Notes: a model not told the origin generated them from the sequence alone. DNA of 63,205 nucleotides, filler included, from Chiloscyllium plagiosum (GCF_004010195.1; 3 parts of one record of this genome joined end to end with filler, not necessarily neighbours in it); one strand, 5' to 3'; numbered from the whole stretch's first letter, positions 12,888 through 26,877 are shown. Program-made: numbers and translations.

Positions 12888-15800
12888 AGTTCATCTGTTC
12901 TGTCAACCACACCTTTGCTTGGTGCACCTCTGATGCTGTTTCACCTGTACTGTTCACCTCATCCGATATTTAGAAACTGAGATATAACTTCAGATGTTAT
13001 GCACTGTCCTATAACATTATCTTCCTAAAGTACTCTGCTTCCTTATTATAGAATATACAGTAAACCAACAATGAAAGAGGTCATTTAGCTCATCATGCCA
13101 AAAGAGCAGTCAATTAACAGTATTCGCTCCCTAGTATTGTTTCACCATAGAGCTTCAAAGTTTTATTTATCGATTAGTTATAATTCCCTTTTGAAAGTTT
13201 TTTTGAACTTGCTTCCAGTACTCTTTCAGGCCGTGCATACTAGTTCATGGTATGTCACTCCCCACCTTCAAAAATCTCTCTAATTGAGCTATAGTCATCA
13301 TCACTGACTGATCCCCAAACTCGGATATAGTTTCTTCGGGATTAGATTAGATTACTTAATGTTTTCCTATTTTATCAGCAACATGTGACTGATGCAATAC
13401 ATTTTGTAGATCATTTCCTAAAATGAAAGAGTTTCTATGCTCAATCTAGAATAAGCTTTCCAAAGGTACTGAGAAAAAGCAGAAAGTACTGCAAGAACTC
13501 GGCAGGTCTGGCAGCTTCTGTGGAGAGAAAAATGGAGTTCTGAGTCCAGTTTCTCCCTTCTTCAAGGTTTGGTTCCATCCATTTGGGCTGTTTTATAACA
13601 AGGACAAAATATATGGAGTTTCAAGTAGCTCCCTTCTTATTATCAACGTGTTAATTTTGAGCTCTTAAGTTGTAATCCTTTAACAAACACATGACCAGTG
13701 AATCACATGATTTGTGACTTTCACTTGTTTTCTCACTTTAAAAATACACAACCTACTTCTATCTTCCCTTGTACAGATCTGGGATTGTCTGATTACCACC
13801 TTTCAGTTTAGACTTGTAAAATGTCCTGTGTCTGGAGATGTGTGGAATAGACAAAGCATTTGTTTTCTGCAGCTTGTTTTTCCCTGGAATAGGATGCTAA
13901 CCAGAGGCTATAGCTTGAGAGACATCACTCTGTAAACATGTGAGGTTGACCAGGAATCTCTTACTACCTGCCAGAGGGTTTGCTGTTTAACAGCCAGCAT
14001 TTTAAATGCATGTTCCATAACCATTGAGTCCTGGAGTGGGACTCGAACCCAGAGCTCTGGGCATGGACCCTACCCACTGTGCCACAAAATCCCCCTTCCA
14101 TGCTTGATTCAGCACATTGTCTATTATTATTGCCAGTATTCAGAATGTTGCTACAGTGAGCACTGAATGATCACAATTCGCAGTACCAGCCTAGTGTCCA
14201 CAGCTGTAGCCCAGTACCAACAGCTGTTGGCTTTAATACTCAGAGTTCTGTATTTCCACATTACGATACAGCCTCTGTATGACGTTTCTCATCTCTGACT
14301 CCACTATTTGGTTCTCAAGATTCTGCTTGAATTAATGTTTTTTTTTTCTTAATGGCATAAGTATTTTTTCTTAATGACAATTCTCCAAGCAACCACAAAA
14401 TTGCCAATAAAGACCAATCTTATTCCAGGCTTCCGTTCACAGATCATGTGATAATGCATTAAAGCGATAAATCAAGTCACTTAATAGTTAAAAGTATGTG
14501 TCACTGGCTTGATGTGTGTGACCAAGGAAGTGAGTCACTAGTTTAGCAAAAAGAGAGTATGAATGACTGCACAGATTTAATAGTTTAATAGGGGTATTTA
14601 TGTAGACCTTCAGAACTATCATTACGTGCAATTATAGTGGCATTTATACTGAGGTTTCAATTGACTTATGTTAATTATCTAGAAATGTTTACTTCACATT
14701 TTTACTGGCAGATTCGTGCACATTGTTTCCTTGAGGGATATGGAAGACTCTATTTAAAATGCTAAACTACCTGCAATACATGAAGCTATAAACTTGCTTC
14801 ATTCTCCATTGACCACACTGCAACATCATCATCTTCCAGCAATATCAAATCGATTTATGAAAAAGCTAGTATCATTATGAATTGCAATAAGGGGAAAATA
14901 TGATTGCCCTTTGCCTAGATTAGCTAAGTTACTTAGCAACAGTTTTTCTATACTCTACAAAAGATACAGTGGCTTATGGAGCTGTCAGGGTCTGTAATTT
15001 TGACACTGCCAAGCAATTTGTTCTTCCTGGCATGCGCATGCATTATTTGAGAATGGTGATTATTAACCCATGATTTGGTTTTATATTTTAATGGCACAAA
15101 TCAAAATGTTTTACAATCATTGTAGGTTCAAAGTAACTGAACCAACAGATTTTTTAGTGTTATGTTAATATGTAATGTTACAGTCTGTTCAATGTAAGTC
15201 TACTTGCTTATTCCTGTAATTGGGCTCTTAACAATTGAACCGCATTTGAACAATTGAACAATTTAACTTAACAGTTAAACTGCATGACAAAATGAATTGC
15301 ACATTCTCTTAGAAGAAATATAGCACAAGCTCCAACTTTCTCTGTGAAGCTGCATTGTGTTCTCATGAAATGCCAGCTCAAGGGCAGAAAGAAAATAGAC
15401 CCAAACAATCTTGCTTAATGCTTTGAAAGATACAATGAGACATTTTTTCAGAAGATGAGCTTATCAACATTTACTGAAGTGGGAGGAATTCTTGCATCTG
15501 TTCCATTCAAATAAATTTTCAGCTTTCCCACATCCTGAAGCAAAAACAATTTCATATCTTGAGTTGGTAAGTGATGAGGTGCTAGAATGGCTATTAACAT
15601 ATTTGCAGGTTGTTATTCATTTCCATAACTGACAGGAATTATTAAGAAGCAATTAATATTTTAAAAATTGATTGGATTTAAGACAAAGTAAAACTTGCAC
15701 TTATGCAGCCTTCATCTTCTCAGGATGTCTCCCATTCTTTCGCAACAAATGAATGACTTATTGAAGTATGTAGTTTCTTTTAGATGTGCAAACAAATAGC

Positions 15801-18011
15801 CAATTCATGCACAGCAAAGTACATAAGTAAAAGAAGATGAATGGCCAGTTAATCTGCTTTGCTGATTAAGTCAGAGAGGTTGCTTCATTTAAAGTTTCTA
15901 AAACACCAGGACTAGGCTGTCTATGCTCAGGAATATACTTTAAAGGTTTATGCACAAGGAATGCAATGTCCTGGAAAATGTAGTAATGAGGTCATAGTGG
16001 TGCCTCAGCTGTTTCAATATACGTGTTGGATCTTAGATCCCAAAAGCCAATCTGTTGGTATTTCTATCTTAAAGGAAATTTGCTCAGTTGATGTTGAAGT
16101 TTGCTAAATTTTTCCCCAAGTGTTTGCCAAGAGAAGTATCCATAGCTAATTATCTATGGATACAGGTCAAGGTGTTTGGACTTAATCAGGCTTTGAAGCA
16201 ATTATTCAATATCTTGGGCTTGAAGCAATTTCACAAAAGGAATTGCTCTGACTGTAGCTTTCAATGTAACTATTGCATTAAATTTTAGTGCCATTGGGTT
16301 ATTCCAGGAAACACCAGGAGAAGTCAGTCTAATCTTCCAATCTCCAGTGCCCAGCTGCATCGCATGAATGTTGCACGCATTGTTTATCTCGGTTGGAACA
16401 AGAGCGAAGGAAACAGATCAAACATTATGCATGTCACAAAACAGACTACTCCCATGTAACATATACCTCAGTCCAGATTCATCACCTTATTGTGCATACT
16501 TGTGGCAATAATAAAAATGGTTTAGAACTCACTTAATTATTTGTACATGGTGCAGTTGTGATGAACTCAATACCGAGTGCTTTTGGCTCTCTCTTCAAAC
16601 AAAACCAAGTTTGCCAAATACCTTTGCATGCCGAGGAAACAGAAGACAAACGACATGTTTATTTTTTATATTGAAAATAACAAAGATCAAAGTTACTGCA
16701 TCAGAAGCTGAAAATCCCACGAATACTCATTGTCAGCTCCCAGAGAGAGAAAACAAATCTTCAATCAGTGAAACAGTACTGGAATACACAGCATAGTACT
16801 GGATAGAAATTCAGATTTGGGTCCAATGTTCGATAGTTTAATTTGAAACCTTTCAGTGCTTTGACTTACTGATGGTTTTCAAACATCCTGATATTCGACT
16901 CATGGCTCCATTCAAATGAGATAGTTCAAATTGAATGACCTAATGGGGTTTGGCCTTTCTCCATGCCTAGGCCCATATTTTTTAGTCTGTTCTCCTTTTC
17001 ACTTGATGCACTGTTGGCTGGAACAAGCATGGCATTGTCAGTCTGCCAACCATTGGTTTGCAGATTCAAGCTTTTCTATTGACATTTAAACAAACATCCA
17101 AACTGGAGAATGCTTAGTAATGTTGGCAAAAAAAAAGCTAAGTGACTTCAGTGTCTTGGAAAGAAAACTTCAACTCGTCAACATGAAGCAGACTTGTACA
17201 GCCATTGCACTGATCTAAGTATTTCAGCATTTTGAATACTTCAGTTGAACAATTTTCTCCTAAATGTGCTAAAATGTGCAATCTGCTGAGGACTGTTTAT
17301 GCAACATAAGTTTGTGTAATATTTATTTTGTTGCAAGAGCAGTTTTAATATTGTTTGTTGCATTTATGTTGAGCTAAATGAAGGGATACTGATCCACCTA
17401 AATGAGGACTTGTTCATAGTAGTTCTATTAATATAACAGGAGAAAGTGAGGACTGCAGATGCTGGAGATCAGAGCTGAAAATGTGTTGCTGGAAAAGCGC
17501 AGCAGGTCAGGCAGCATCAAGGAGCAGGAGAATCGAAAATTTGGGCATGAGCCCTTCTTCAGGAATGAGGAAAGTGTGCCAAGAGTGGGAGGGGGAGTCT
17601 AGACTACACCTCCTCCCACCCTGCCCCCTGTAAAAACGCCATCCCATATTCCCAATTCCTTCGTCTCCGCCGCATCTGCTCCCAGGAGGACCAGTTCCAA
17701 TACCGAACAACCCAGATGGCCTCCTTCTTCAAAGACCGCAATTTCCCCCCAGACGTGGTCGACGATGCTCTGCACCGCATCTCCTCCACTTCCGGCTCCT
17801 CCGCCCTTGAGCCCCGCCCCACCAATCGCCACCAGGACAGAACCCCACTGGTCCTCACCTACCACCCCACTAACCTCCATATACATCGTATCATCCATCG
17901 TCATTTCCGCCACCTCCAAACAGACCCCACCACCAGGGATATATTTCTCTCCCCTCCCCTATCAGCACTCCAAAAAGACCACTCCCTCCGTGACTCCCTC
18001 GTCAGGTCCAC

Positions 18012-18419
18012 NNNNNNNNNNNNNNNNNNNNNNNNNNNNNNNNNNNNNNNNNNNNNNNNNNNNNNNNNNNNNNNNNNNNNNNNNNNNNNNNNNNNNNNNN
18101 NNNNNNNNNNNNNNNNNNNNNNNNNNNNNNNNNNNNNNNNNNNNNNNNNNNNNNNNNNNNNNNNNNNNNNNNNNNNNNNNNNNNNNNNNNNNNNNNNNNN
18201 NNNNNNNNNNNNNNNNNNNNNNNNNNNNNNNNNNNNNNNNNNNNNNNNNNNNNNNNNNNNNNNNNNNNNNNNNNNNNNNNNNNNNNNNNNNNNNNNNNNN
18301 NNNNNNNNNNNNNNNNNNNNNNNNNNNNNNNNNNNNNNNNNNNNNNNNNNNNNNNNNNNNNNNNNNNNNNNNNNNNNNNNNNNNNNNNNNNNNNNNNNNN
18401 NNNNNNNNNNNNNNNNNNN
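18012..18419. other. Assembly gap (408 N) inside the PLE
   Basis: Run of N. Confidence 1.
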
Positions 18420-18480
18420 GCCCCTCCCCCAAGTCCCTCCTCCCTACCTTTTATCTTAGCCTGCTTGGTACACTTTCCTC

Positions 18481-18517
18481 ATTCCTGAAGAAGGGCTCAT
18501 GCCCGAAACGTCGATTC
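18481..18517 (+). ncRNA. Minimal type-I hammerhead-ribozyme-like motif in a PLE pLTR (representative subfamily A copy)
   Basis: auuc-CUGAAGA-A-GGGC(UCAU)GCCC-GAA-ACGU-C-gauu: conserved core, 4-bp stem II, palindromic ACGU stem III, GUC triplet, weak stem I. Activity untested. Confidence 0.7.
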
Positions 18518-18624
18518 TCCTGCTCCTTGGATGCTGCCTGACCTGCTGCGCTTTTCCAGCAACACATTTTCGGCTATTAATATAACACTTAATTGTGACT
18601 TTGAAAGAAGCCTAGGACCATGTC

Positions 18625-19070
18625 ATAGAGTCATAGAGATGTACAACATGGAAATAGACCCTATGGTCCGACTGATCCATGCCAACCAGATATCCTAACC
18701 TAATTTCGTCCTATTTGCCAGCATTTGTACCAAATCACTCCAAATCCTTCCTATTCATGTATCAGCCTTCGCCACTTCCACTGACAACTCATTACACAAA
18801 TGCATCACCCTCTGCATGAAAAATTTGCCCCTTAGGTCCCTTTTAAATGTTTCCCTTCTCATCTTAAACCTATTCCTTCTAATTTTAAACTGCCCATCCT
18901 GGGGAAAAGACCTTGTCTATTTCCCCTACCCATACCCCTGATGATTTATATATGTCTACAAGGTCACCCCTCAGCCTCCAACGCTCCATAGAAAATAGCC
19001 CCAGCTGATTCAGCCTCTCCATATAGCTCAAACCCTCCAACCCTGGCAACATCCCGGCAAATCTTTTCTG
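18625..19070 (-). mobile_element. CR1 3' fragment
   Basis: Starts with the atagagtcatagag tail. Antisense of the RT C-terminus; same family as 44560-45006. Confidence 0.85.
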
Positions 19071-19476
19071 ATCGAATCCCCTTTATGATTGCACTAAACA
19101 TGCAAGAGAAAATACTATAAGTGAGGTCAATAAAGGTGAATTTAAAACTTTCTTTTGTATGATAAAAGTTTTTTATTTGTTAACATCTCTTGGAACATCT
19201 CTTATCATCCCTGCATTGAGCTCTCTTCAGGACCAAAACATTTTTTCTAAGGTGCTCACAGTACTCTCACTGGGGTCTAATCAGGGTTTTGTATAACTAC
19301 AATATAACACTGCATCCCTATACTCCAGATTGTTAGATATGAAAACCAGCATTCCATTAGTGTTCTTGATTATTTTCTGCACCTATTCATGGTATTTTAA
19401 AGGGTTATGTGCTTGAACTCCTAAAGCTCATTTGACATCCACTGCATTTAACTTTGTGCCTTCCAAAAAATATCCT

Positions 19477-22400
19477 AGAACATAGAATAGTACAGCACAT
19501 TACAGGCCCTTTGGCCAATGATATTGTGCCAAGCATTTATCTTAATGTAAGATCAATCTAACCTACCCATCCTTCAATTTACTGCCGTCCATGTGCTTGT
19601 CCGGCAGTTGCTTATGTGGCCCCAATGTCTCTGACTCTACTACCACCACTAGCAGCGCATTCCAAATACCCACCACTCTCTGCTTAAAGAACTGCCCTCT
19701 GACATCTCCCCTATACATTCCTCCAATCACCTTAAAATTATGATCTCTCGTGACAGCCTTTTTTGCCCTGGGGAAAAGTCTCTGGCTATCAATTCTCTCT
19801 ATGCCTCTCATTACCTTGAACACCTCCACCAAGCCATCTCTCTTCCTTCTTCTCTCCAGTGTGAAAAGCCCGAGCTCATTCAACCTCTCTTCATAAGACA
19901 AACCCCCTAATCAAGACAGCATTCTGGTAAATCTCCTCTGTATCCTCTCTAAAGCATCTGCATCCTTTCTATCATGAGGCGACCAGAAATGGACACAATA
20001 TTCCAAGTGTGGTCTAACCAGGGTTTTATAGAGCTGCAGCAAAACCTCACGGCTCTTAAACTCAATCCCCCTGTTAATGAAAGCCAAAATACCATATGCC
20101 TTCTTAACTGCACTATCAACTTGGGTGGCAACTTTGAGGGATCTATGAACGTGGACCCTGAGATCCCACTGTTACTCTACACTGCCAAGAATCCCGTCTT
20201 TAACCCTATATTCAGCATTCAAATGCGACCTTCCAAAATGAATCAATTCGCATTTATCCATCTGCCACTTCTCAGCCCAGTTCTGCATCCTGTCTGCATC
20301 CTGTCAATGTTTTGTTTTAATCTGCAACAGCTCACGACTGTATCGACAACATCACTGACCTTTGTGCCATTGGCAAACTTATTAACATACCCTTCCACTT
20401 CTTCATCCAAGTCATTTATAAAAACTACAAAGAGCAGAGGACTAAGATCAGATCCCTGTGGGACACCATTGGTCAGCAACCTCCAGGCGGAATACTTTCC
20501 ATCCACTCACTGTCTTCTTTCGGCAGCCAATTCTGTATCCAGACAGCCAAATTTCCCTGTGTCCCACATGTCCTAACTTCCTGAATGAGCCTACCGTGGG
20601 GAACCTTATCAAATGCCTTACTGAAATCCATATACACCACATCTACTGTTCGACCTTCATCAACTTGTCTCATCACATCCTGAAAGAACTCAATAAGGCT
20701 TGTGAGGCATGATCTGCCCCTCACAAAGTCATTCTGACTATCTTTAATCAAACTATGTTTTTCCAAATAGAGATAAATCCTATCTCTCAGAATCCTTTCC
20801 AGAACCTTGCTTACCACAGATGTAAGACTGACTAGCCTGTAATTCCCAGGGATTTCCCTATTCCTTTCCTTGAACTGAGGAACAACGTTTGCCTCCCATC
20901 AATCATCCGGTACTACTCCCGTGGAGAACGAGGATGCAAAGATCATTGCCATAGACGCAGCAATCTCATTCCTCACTTCCCGTAGTAACGTTGGATATAT
21001 CTGGTCCATCCCTGGGGCTTATCTAGCTTGATGCTTCCCAGAATTTCCAGCACATCTACTTTCTGAATATCAATCTGTTCAAACCTATTAACCTGTGTCC
21101 TCACGATCAACAAGGTCTCTCTCGCCAGTGAATGCTGAAGCAAAAAACTCATTTAGGGCCTCCTTTACCTCTTCAGACTCCAGGCACAAGTTCTCTCCAC
21201 TACCCTACCCTCTCTCTGATCATTCTCTTATTCCTCACGTAAGTGTAGAATGCCTTTGAGTTTTCCCTAATCCTTCCTGCCAAGGCATTTTGTGCCCCCC
21301 TCCTACCTTTCCTCAGTCCATTTTGAGTTCTTTCCTAGTTACCACGTAATCCTCTAAAGCTGTGCCAGATCCTTGCTTCCTCAACCCTAAGTAAGCTTCC
21401 TTCTTCCTCTTGACAAGAAGCTCCTCTTCTCTTGCCATCCAAGGCTCCTTCACCTTACCATTCCTTACCTGTCTCAGTTGGACAAAGTTTTCCAACACTG
21501 CAACAAAGTGCTCCTTAAACATTTTTGTTGTGCATTTCCCAAAGAACAATTGTTCCCAATTTATACTCCACAGCTCCTGTCTAATAGCAGTATAATTTCT
21601 CCTCCCCCAGTTAAATGCCTTCCTATACTGTCTGTTCCTATTCCCCTCCATGACTAGAGGTGAGGCAGTTTTGATTGCTGTCGCTAAAGTGTGCTCCCAC
21701 CGAGGGATCTGACACCTGGCCTGGCTTGTTGCCTAGCACCAAATCCAATATGGCCTCTCCCCGAGTCAACCTATCTACATATTGAGTCAGGAATCCCTCC
21801 TGGACACAGCTGACAAAATTGGCTCCATCCAAACTATCTGCACGAAGGAGGTTCTAATCAATATTGGGGAAATTGAAGTCACCCATAACAACAACTCTGT
21901 TACATCTGCACCTTTACAAGATCTGCTGTCCAATCTGTTCTTCCATCTCTCTGCTGCTATTGGGGGGTCTATTGAAAACATCCAATAAAGTGACTGCTCA
22001 TTTCCTGTTACTGACTTCTGCCCATACTGACTCAGTAGATAAACCCTCCTCAACAACCTCCTTTTCTGCACCTGTAGTACACTCTTTGATTAACAATGCT
22101 ACTTCCCCACCTCTTTTACCCCCCTCCCTGTTCATTTTAAAAGATCTAAACCCTGGAACATCCAGCAACCATTCCTGTCCCTGTGAAATCCATGTCTCCA
22201 TTATGGCCACAACATTGTAGTTCCAAGTACTGATCCATGCTCTAAGTTCATCACTCTTATTCCTGAACTCCTTGCATTGACACAGGCACCCTTTAACCCA
22301 TCCCATTTCCCTATCAACTGTGTATCCATACTGACAGACTCTCTGCATTCTATTTCTGCCCATTCAACAACTACCCTCTCCTCTTATTTGTAGCTCTGAT

Positions 22401-22940
22401 TCCCAACCCCCGGCTAAACTAGTTTAAACCCTTCCAAAGTGCTCTAGCAAATCTCCTGTCAGGATCTTGCTGCCCCTCCAGTATAAGCGCAATCCATACT
22501 TCACATACAGGTCCCACCCTCCCCAGAAGGTACCCCAATGATCTACGTATTTGAAGCCCTCGCTCTGCACCAGCCCTGTAGCCATGTGTCTAGTTGCACT
22601 CACTCCTTGTTCTTCACCTCAATAGCACATGGCACCAAATGTAATCCTGAGATTACTACTCTCCTCGTCCTGCTTTTAAGCTTCCAACCTAAGTTCCTGA
22701 AATCACTTTTTAGATGCTCATCCCTTTTCCTAGCTATGTCATTGATGCCATTGTGCACCACAACTTCTGGTTGCTCATCCTCCCCCTTCAGACTTATGTA
22801 GACTTGATCAGAGACAGCCTGGACCCTGGCACCTGGGAGGCAACATACCTTCCGCGAGTCCCATTCGCAACCACCAAATCTCATGTTCGTTCCTCTAACT
22901 AGTGAATCTCCTACCACGAGCGCTTTTCTATTCTCCCCCC
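19477..22940 (-). mobile_element. Near full-length decayed CR1 LINE (ORF1 esterase, ORF2 EN-RT, 3' UTR) nested in an older LINE
   Basis: ORF1 ALVVGDSLVRG...VCCLPGARV...VVVHNGINDI. EN GGEVALLIK, AILDLVL. RT YMDFSKAFDKVPH, GVPQGS, FANGTK. Ends at the tagaacatagaa tail. Confidence 0.95.
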
Positions 22941-22944
22941 TCCT

Positions 22945-24580
22945 GCTCTTTATTTTTTGATCCAAAATGGATAACATCACATTTACTTATTTTAAGATCC
23001 ATCTGCCACAACTTTGATCATTTACCTAATCACCTAATCTATCAATATCATGTTGTAATTTTATGCTGTTGTCGACACTGTCTACAATTCTGTCCAATTT
23101 TGTGTTGTCAGCACATTTGGATATTTGGATTTTTATGTCATTATCCAAGTTATTAATGAATACTGTAAAAAATTGAGACCCTAAAACTGACCCCTGTGGG
23201 ACACCACTAGTCACATCCTGCCAATTTCAGTACTTACCAGTTATTGAGCTCTCTGTTTCCTGCCACTCAACCGATTAGAGTCATTTGCACTCAATTCTGT
23301 GGGGTTTCAGCTCAGCTAACAGTCACTTGTGTGGACTTCATCAAAAGCCATCTGGAAGTCCATATAAATTCATTGACTTACCTCTATTCACCACCTTTGT
23401 CATCTCTTCAAAAAACCGTGACATTTGTCAGACACGAGCTATCCTTCATGAATGCATGCTGACTCCCCCTGATTAACAGAAATTTTCATTATGATCAAAC
23501 AATTTCCCTACCATAGATGTCAGGCTAACTGGTCTGTAACCCTTTGGTTTCCCTCTGTCTCCCTTCTTAAAGCATGAAGTGACATGAACTAATTTCAAGT
23601 CCAGAAGTACAGCTCCTGAATCCAAGGAACTCTAAAAGATTATGGTCAGGGCATCAGCAAAGTGCTCTCCTACCTCCTTTAACAGCAGTGGAGAGAAACC
23701 ATCAGCACCTGGGGATTTGTCACTCTTCAGTCCCGTTAATATCCCCATTATTGACGATTTACATAAGCTAATTTTATTCAGACCCCGTCCTGAGTCCTCT
23801 GTTAATTTCTTTGGGACTTTCAGTAAGCTATCTTCCTTTTCTGCAGTATGGAAGCAAAACAATCATTGACAATATCCACACTCTCAGACTTCAGTGAGGT
23901 AAGAATATTCTTAAGCAATAGGAACAAATTACTGCAGATGCTGAAATCTGTACTGACGACAACAAATGCTGGAGATCACAGCGGGTCAGACAGCATCCAT
24001 GGGGAGAGAGCAAGCTAACATTTCAAGGCTAGATGACTCTTCATCAGAACTGAAGAAGAGTCACCTAGAGTCAAAAAATTAGCCTGCTTTCTCTCAATGG
24101 ATGCTATCTGACCGGCTGTGCATTGTCTTCAGTACTCTTCACCAGCCCCTTGCCCTTTATATAATAATAAAATCTCTTCTTTTTGTCTTTTATGTCCTTT
24201 GGAAATTTCCTTTCATATCTTTTTAGCTGCTCCTATAAACTGCTTGCGGGCCTTCCTTGTCTTTGTATTTGTCCCATTGTGTACGATCTGTACGGTTCTT
24301 TGCATTTTTTATAAGCCCTTTCTTTTCATTTTATGCTGTCCTTACCTCCTTAAGGAAGATGTTCTTTTTTTTTGTGAAGTGGACCTTTTCCTTCTCCTGG
24401 GTGCAAATTGTTTCAGAATGACATTAAATGTTTCTTTGAACACCCTCCACTGTTCATCGATAGTTTTATCCAGAACTTCCCAGTTTACTGTGGACAGTGT
24501 TTACCTCATCACATTAAGTTCTACCTTACGTAAATCCAAAATTCTGGTATCCAATCTTTGCTTGTCTCTTACAAACACTA
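22945..24580 (-). mobile_element. Older CR1/L2-clade LINE RT fragment (continues at about 19190-19470)
   Basis: [18 protein letters not shown] and KSDKSPGADG motifs. Confidence 0.8.
23920..24120. mobile_element. Old PLE fold-back mini-element (subfamily C-like)
   Basis: Inverted arms meet at about 24050 (..ctcttcatcagaa|ctgaagaagag..), i.e. two decayed hammerhead-like cores back to back. Confidence 0.72.
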
Positions 24581-24589
24581 TATGAAGCT

Positions 24590-24950
24590 CATTGAAAGGT
24601 TGTAGGCACATGCTGGAGGTGTGACATTAATAGAAATGCAGCAGTCAATTTGTACACAGCAAGATCCGACAAACAGCAACATGATAATGACGAGACAATC
24701 TGTTCCTGTGATGTTAATTGATGGGTAAATATTATCCAGGACATTGGGATTATCCCCCTATTCTTCATAGAAATTACCTCAGTATTTTTGTACATCTATC
24801 TGTGAGGGTACACGGGGCCTTAACTTAACATATCATTTAAAAGTTCACACTCCCACAGAAGAGCACATCCTCATTATTGCATTAGAATGTTATCCTTAAT
24901 GTCTGTGATCAAATACCAGAGACGGATGTGAACCCTCGGACTCAGGTGAG
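24590..24950 (-). mobile_element. Deu-domain SINE (SacSINE1/AmnSINE1-like), old
   Basis: Antisense Deu-like segment (gcagcagtcaatttgtacacagcaagatcc...aatattatccaggaca) and a tRNA-like head near 24920-24950. Recognised from memory of the family consensus. Confidence 0.6.
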
Positions 24951-25451
24951 AAGGTGACCTGAGTAAGAAAAACTGCTAGCTTTTTGGCCTCTGTTATAAA
25001 TAATTTGGCCCAAACTTAAGTTCTTCGGCATATTCACTACAGTTAGAAATTCTATGGCGTTCTTCAATTTATCTGACTATGCTGCCCCAAGAATTTATTT
25101 TTGGTGTAGGAACAAATAATTAAATAGCAAAGATGTATAACTGGACCAGGACATCAGTGAACCTTTTCCTTTGGCATCAAAATTCATGCTGTCTCATATA
25201 TTCAACATTTGAGGAACATGCCTTGCAGCCAAGAAATGCTGCACTTGAATCAGTAATCAGCCTTAAATTTTCACACCACAAATAAATACTTTATTTACCA
25301 ATACCTTATTACCAGGGATGAAGCAGACTGTCTTGGAAAAATGTGCAGGAGTTCAATTCCCTCCACGGCCAATGGCAAAGATGGTAAACATCACATACAT
25401 GCTGGATGTTCACTTGTGTACTCAGCATTTAAGTCAACCTCATTTTTTGGA

Positions 25452-25915
25452 GTTAAAAATCACACAACACCAGGTTATAGTCCAACAGGTTAAATTGGAA
25501 GCATTAGCTTTCAGAGCGCCGCTCCTTCATCAGGTGGTTGTGGAGGACACAATTGTAAGACACAGAATTTATAGCAAAAGTTTACAGTGTGATGTAACTG
25601 AAATTATACATTAAAAATACCTTGATTGTTTGTTGAGTCTTTCATCTGTTCGGATACCATGATAGTTTCACTTCTTTCACATGTAAATCACAAAACTTTT
25701 TTATAAGTTACATTCTCAGGTTAACTGTAACAATTAGTGCTAGCCAGATAATATGTTGAAGGTGTTAGCCCCCTGTGTTCTCTGTCTGTGCCATAATGTT
25801 AAGACAGATTCGAATCTAAAAAGTGAGATAACAGAGTCTTACATGAATTCATGCAGTTTTTGAGCAAAGTACAATGTAACTCTGCAAGTACAAATTCACC
25901 CCACAAACGTATATG
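25452..25915 (-). mobile_element. PLE 3' region/pLTR (subfamily B), cut by the scaffold gap
   Basis: Minus strand reads cac-CTGATGA-A-GGAGC.GGC.GCTCT-GAAA-GCTA-atg...gttggactataacctggtgttgtgtgatttttaac. Same family as 26878-27238 and 48174-48266. PLE assignment rests on motif and architecture; no ORF is visible. Confidence 0.75.
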
Positions 25916-26015
25916 NNNNNNNNNNNNNNNNNNNNNNNNNNNNNNNNNNNNNNNNNNNNTTAATTAATTAANNNNNNNNNNNNNNNNNNNNNNNNNNNNN
26001 NNNNNNNNNNNNNNN
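25916..26015. other. Synthetic scaffold spacer (44 N + TTAATTAATTAA + 44 N)
   Basis: Exactly 100 nt with a palindromic six-frame-stop 12-mer. An identical construct lies at 49516-49615. Confidence 0.97.
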
Positions 26016-26100
26016 CCTTGGATGCTGCCTGACCTGCTGCGCTTTTCCAGCAACACATTTTCAGCTCTGATCTCCAGCATCTGCAGTCCTCACTTTCTCC
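26016..26100 (+). mobile_element. PLE pLTR 3' end (subfamily A)
   Basis: Matches 99-183, including the terminal tail ctgatctccagcatctgcagtcctcactttctcc. Confidence 0.85.
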
Positions 26101-26877
26101 TCACATTCTAACCACTCAGAGTGATAATAATTCCTCCGAATTCCAAAGAGGACCCATCTTGGACTCAAAACATTAACTGTTCCTCTCTTCACAGATGCTG
26201 CCAGACCTGCCTCCAGAGTTTCCCTAGCATTTGGTTTTATTTCAGATCTCCTGGTATCTACAAGATTTTGCTTTTGCTCTTCTGATTTTTCGCATTGGAT
26301 TAGGGATAAAATTGCAACGTAATGTCAGTGCAGTCAAGGTCATTGAAAAGCTTATTTTCAGCTCCCCCCATCTTCTTTAAAGGCACGGACACATGCTGCA
26401 GTAGAGTTCTAGGAGTGCTGGCTCTCTCCAGTTCCTTGGCCAGTGGCCATCTATTGCCTCATAGCCAGGGATGCATTCCCATGCTAATTTCCCATGGGTG
26501 CAACCAACTGCAGAACCTGCTGCTGTTCTCATCCAGAACTCACTTCTATTCCATTTCTTACAGAGGTTAATGAAAAGTAACCAGGAGCACTGAACACACT
26601 CCCACCCCCTCCCCCACATCCGGCTCATTCCTCAACCAGCCTCTGACCAGGAATACTAAAGGTTAACCACAGACTGGGCTTTGAGCCAAAATATTTACAA
26701 TTGGTGCTACTCGGCCTCTCACCAGTCGAGGTGTAAATAACTGCAAGCATTGCTAACCCATGAAAATACGTCATGTTAAAAGCCAATAACTTTAAATGTG
26801 TGTTAAAACAGACCGAATATAGTGTTTATAGTTTCAAACCTCCCTGGTACAAAGTAAGAGTTGGGTATTTTCAACTG

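Larger units (their letters stand above)
8940..12900 (-). mobile_element. Highly decayed CR1/L2-clade LINE, fragmented by several younger insertions
   Basis: Residual antisense motifs (aacttatcaaatgcc = AFDKL; MADELNRQFALV). Interrupted at about 9180-10245, 10975-11130, 11374-11477, 11680-11750, 11860-11970 and 12230-12350. Confidence 0.55.
17439..18573 (+). mobile_element. Penelope-like (Neptune-type) retroelement: inverted pLTR, 5'-truncated ORF (RT thumb/linker), assembly gap, 3' pLTR
   Basis: ORF reads LDYTSSHPAPCKNAIPYSQFLRLRRICS...RTPLVLTYHP...SLRDSLVRS. Inverted pLTR at 17439 to about 17597, direct pLTR at 18420-18573. Perfect 14-bp TSD ctattaatataaca (17425-17438 and 18574-18587). 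Confidence 0.92.

Noticed and set aside
14765..14860. Minus-strand LILLEDDD resembling EPB41L5 LVVVEDDD
   Set aside because: Flanking residues do not match, an in-frame stop follows, and there are no fitting splice sites.
17716..18541. Long ORFs of 247, 258 and 156 aa
   Set aside because: Their length comes from reading through N. Only the PLE peptide before 18011 is real.
25960..25971. Palindrome TTAATTAATTAA (also 49560-49571) as a biological site
   Set aside because: It is centred in exactly 44+44 N twice; a synthetic six-frame-stop spacer.
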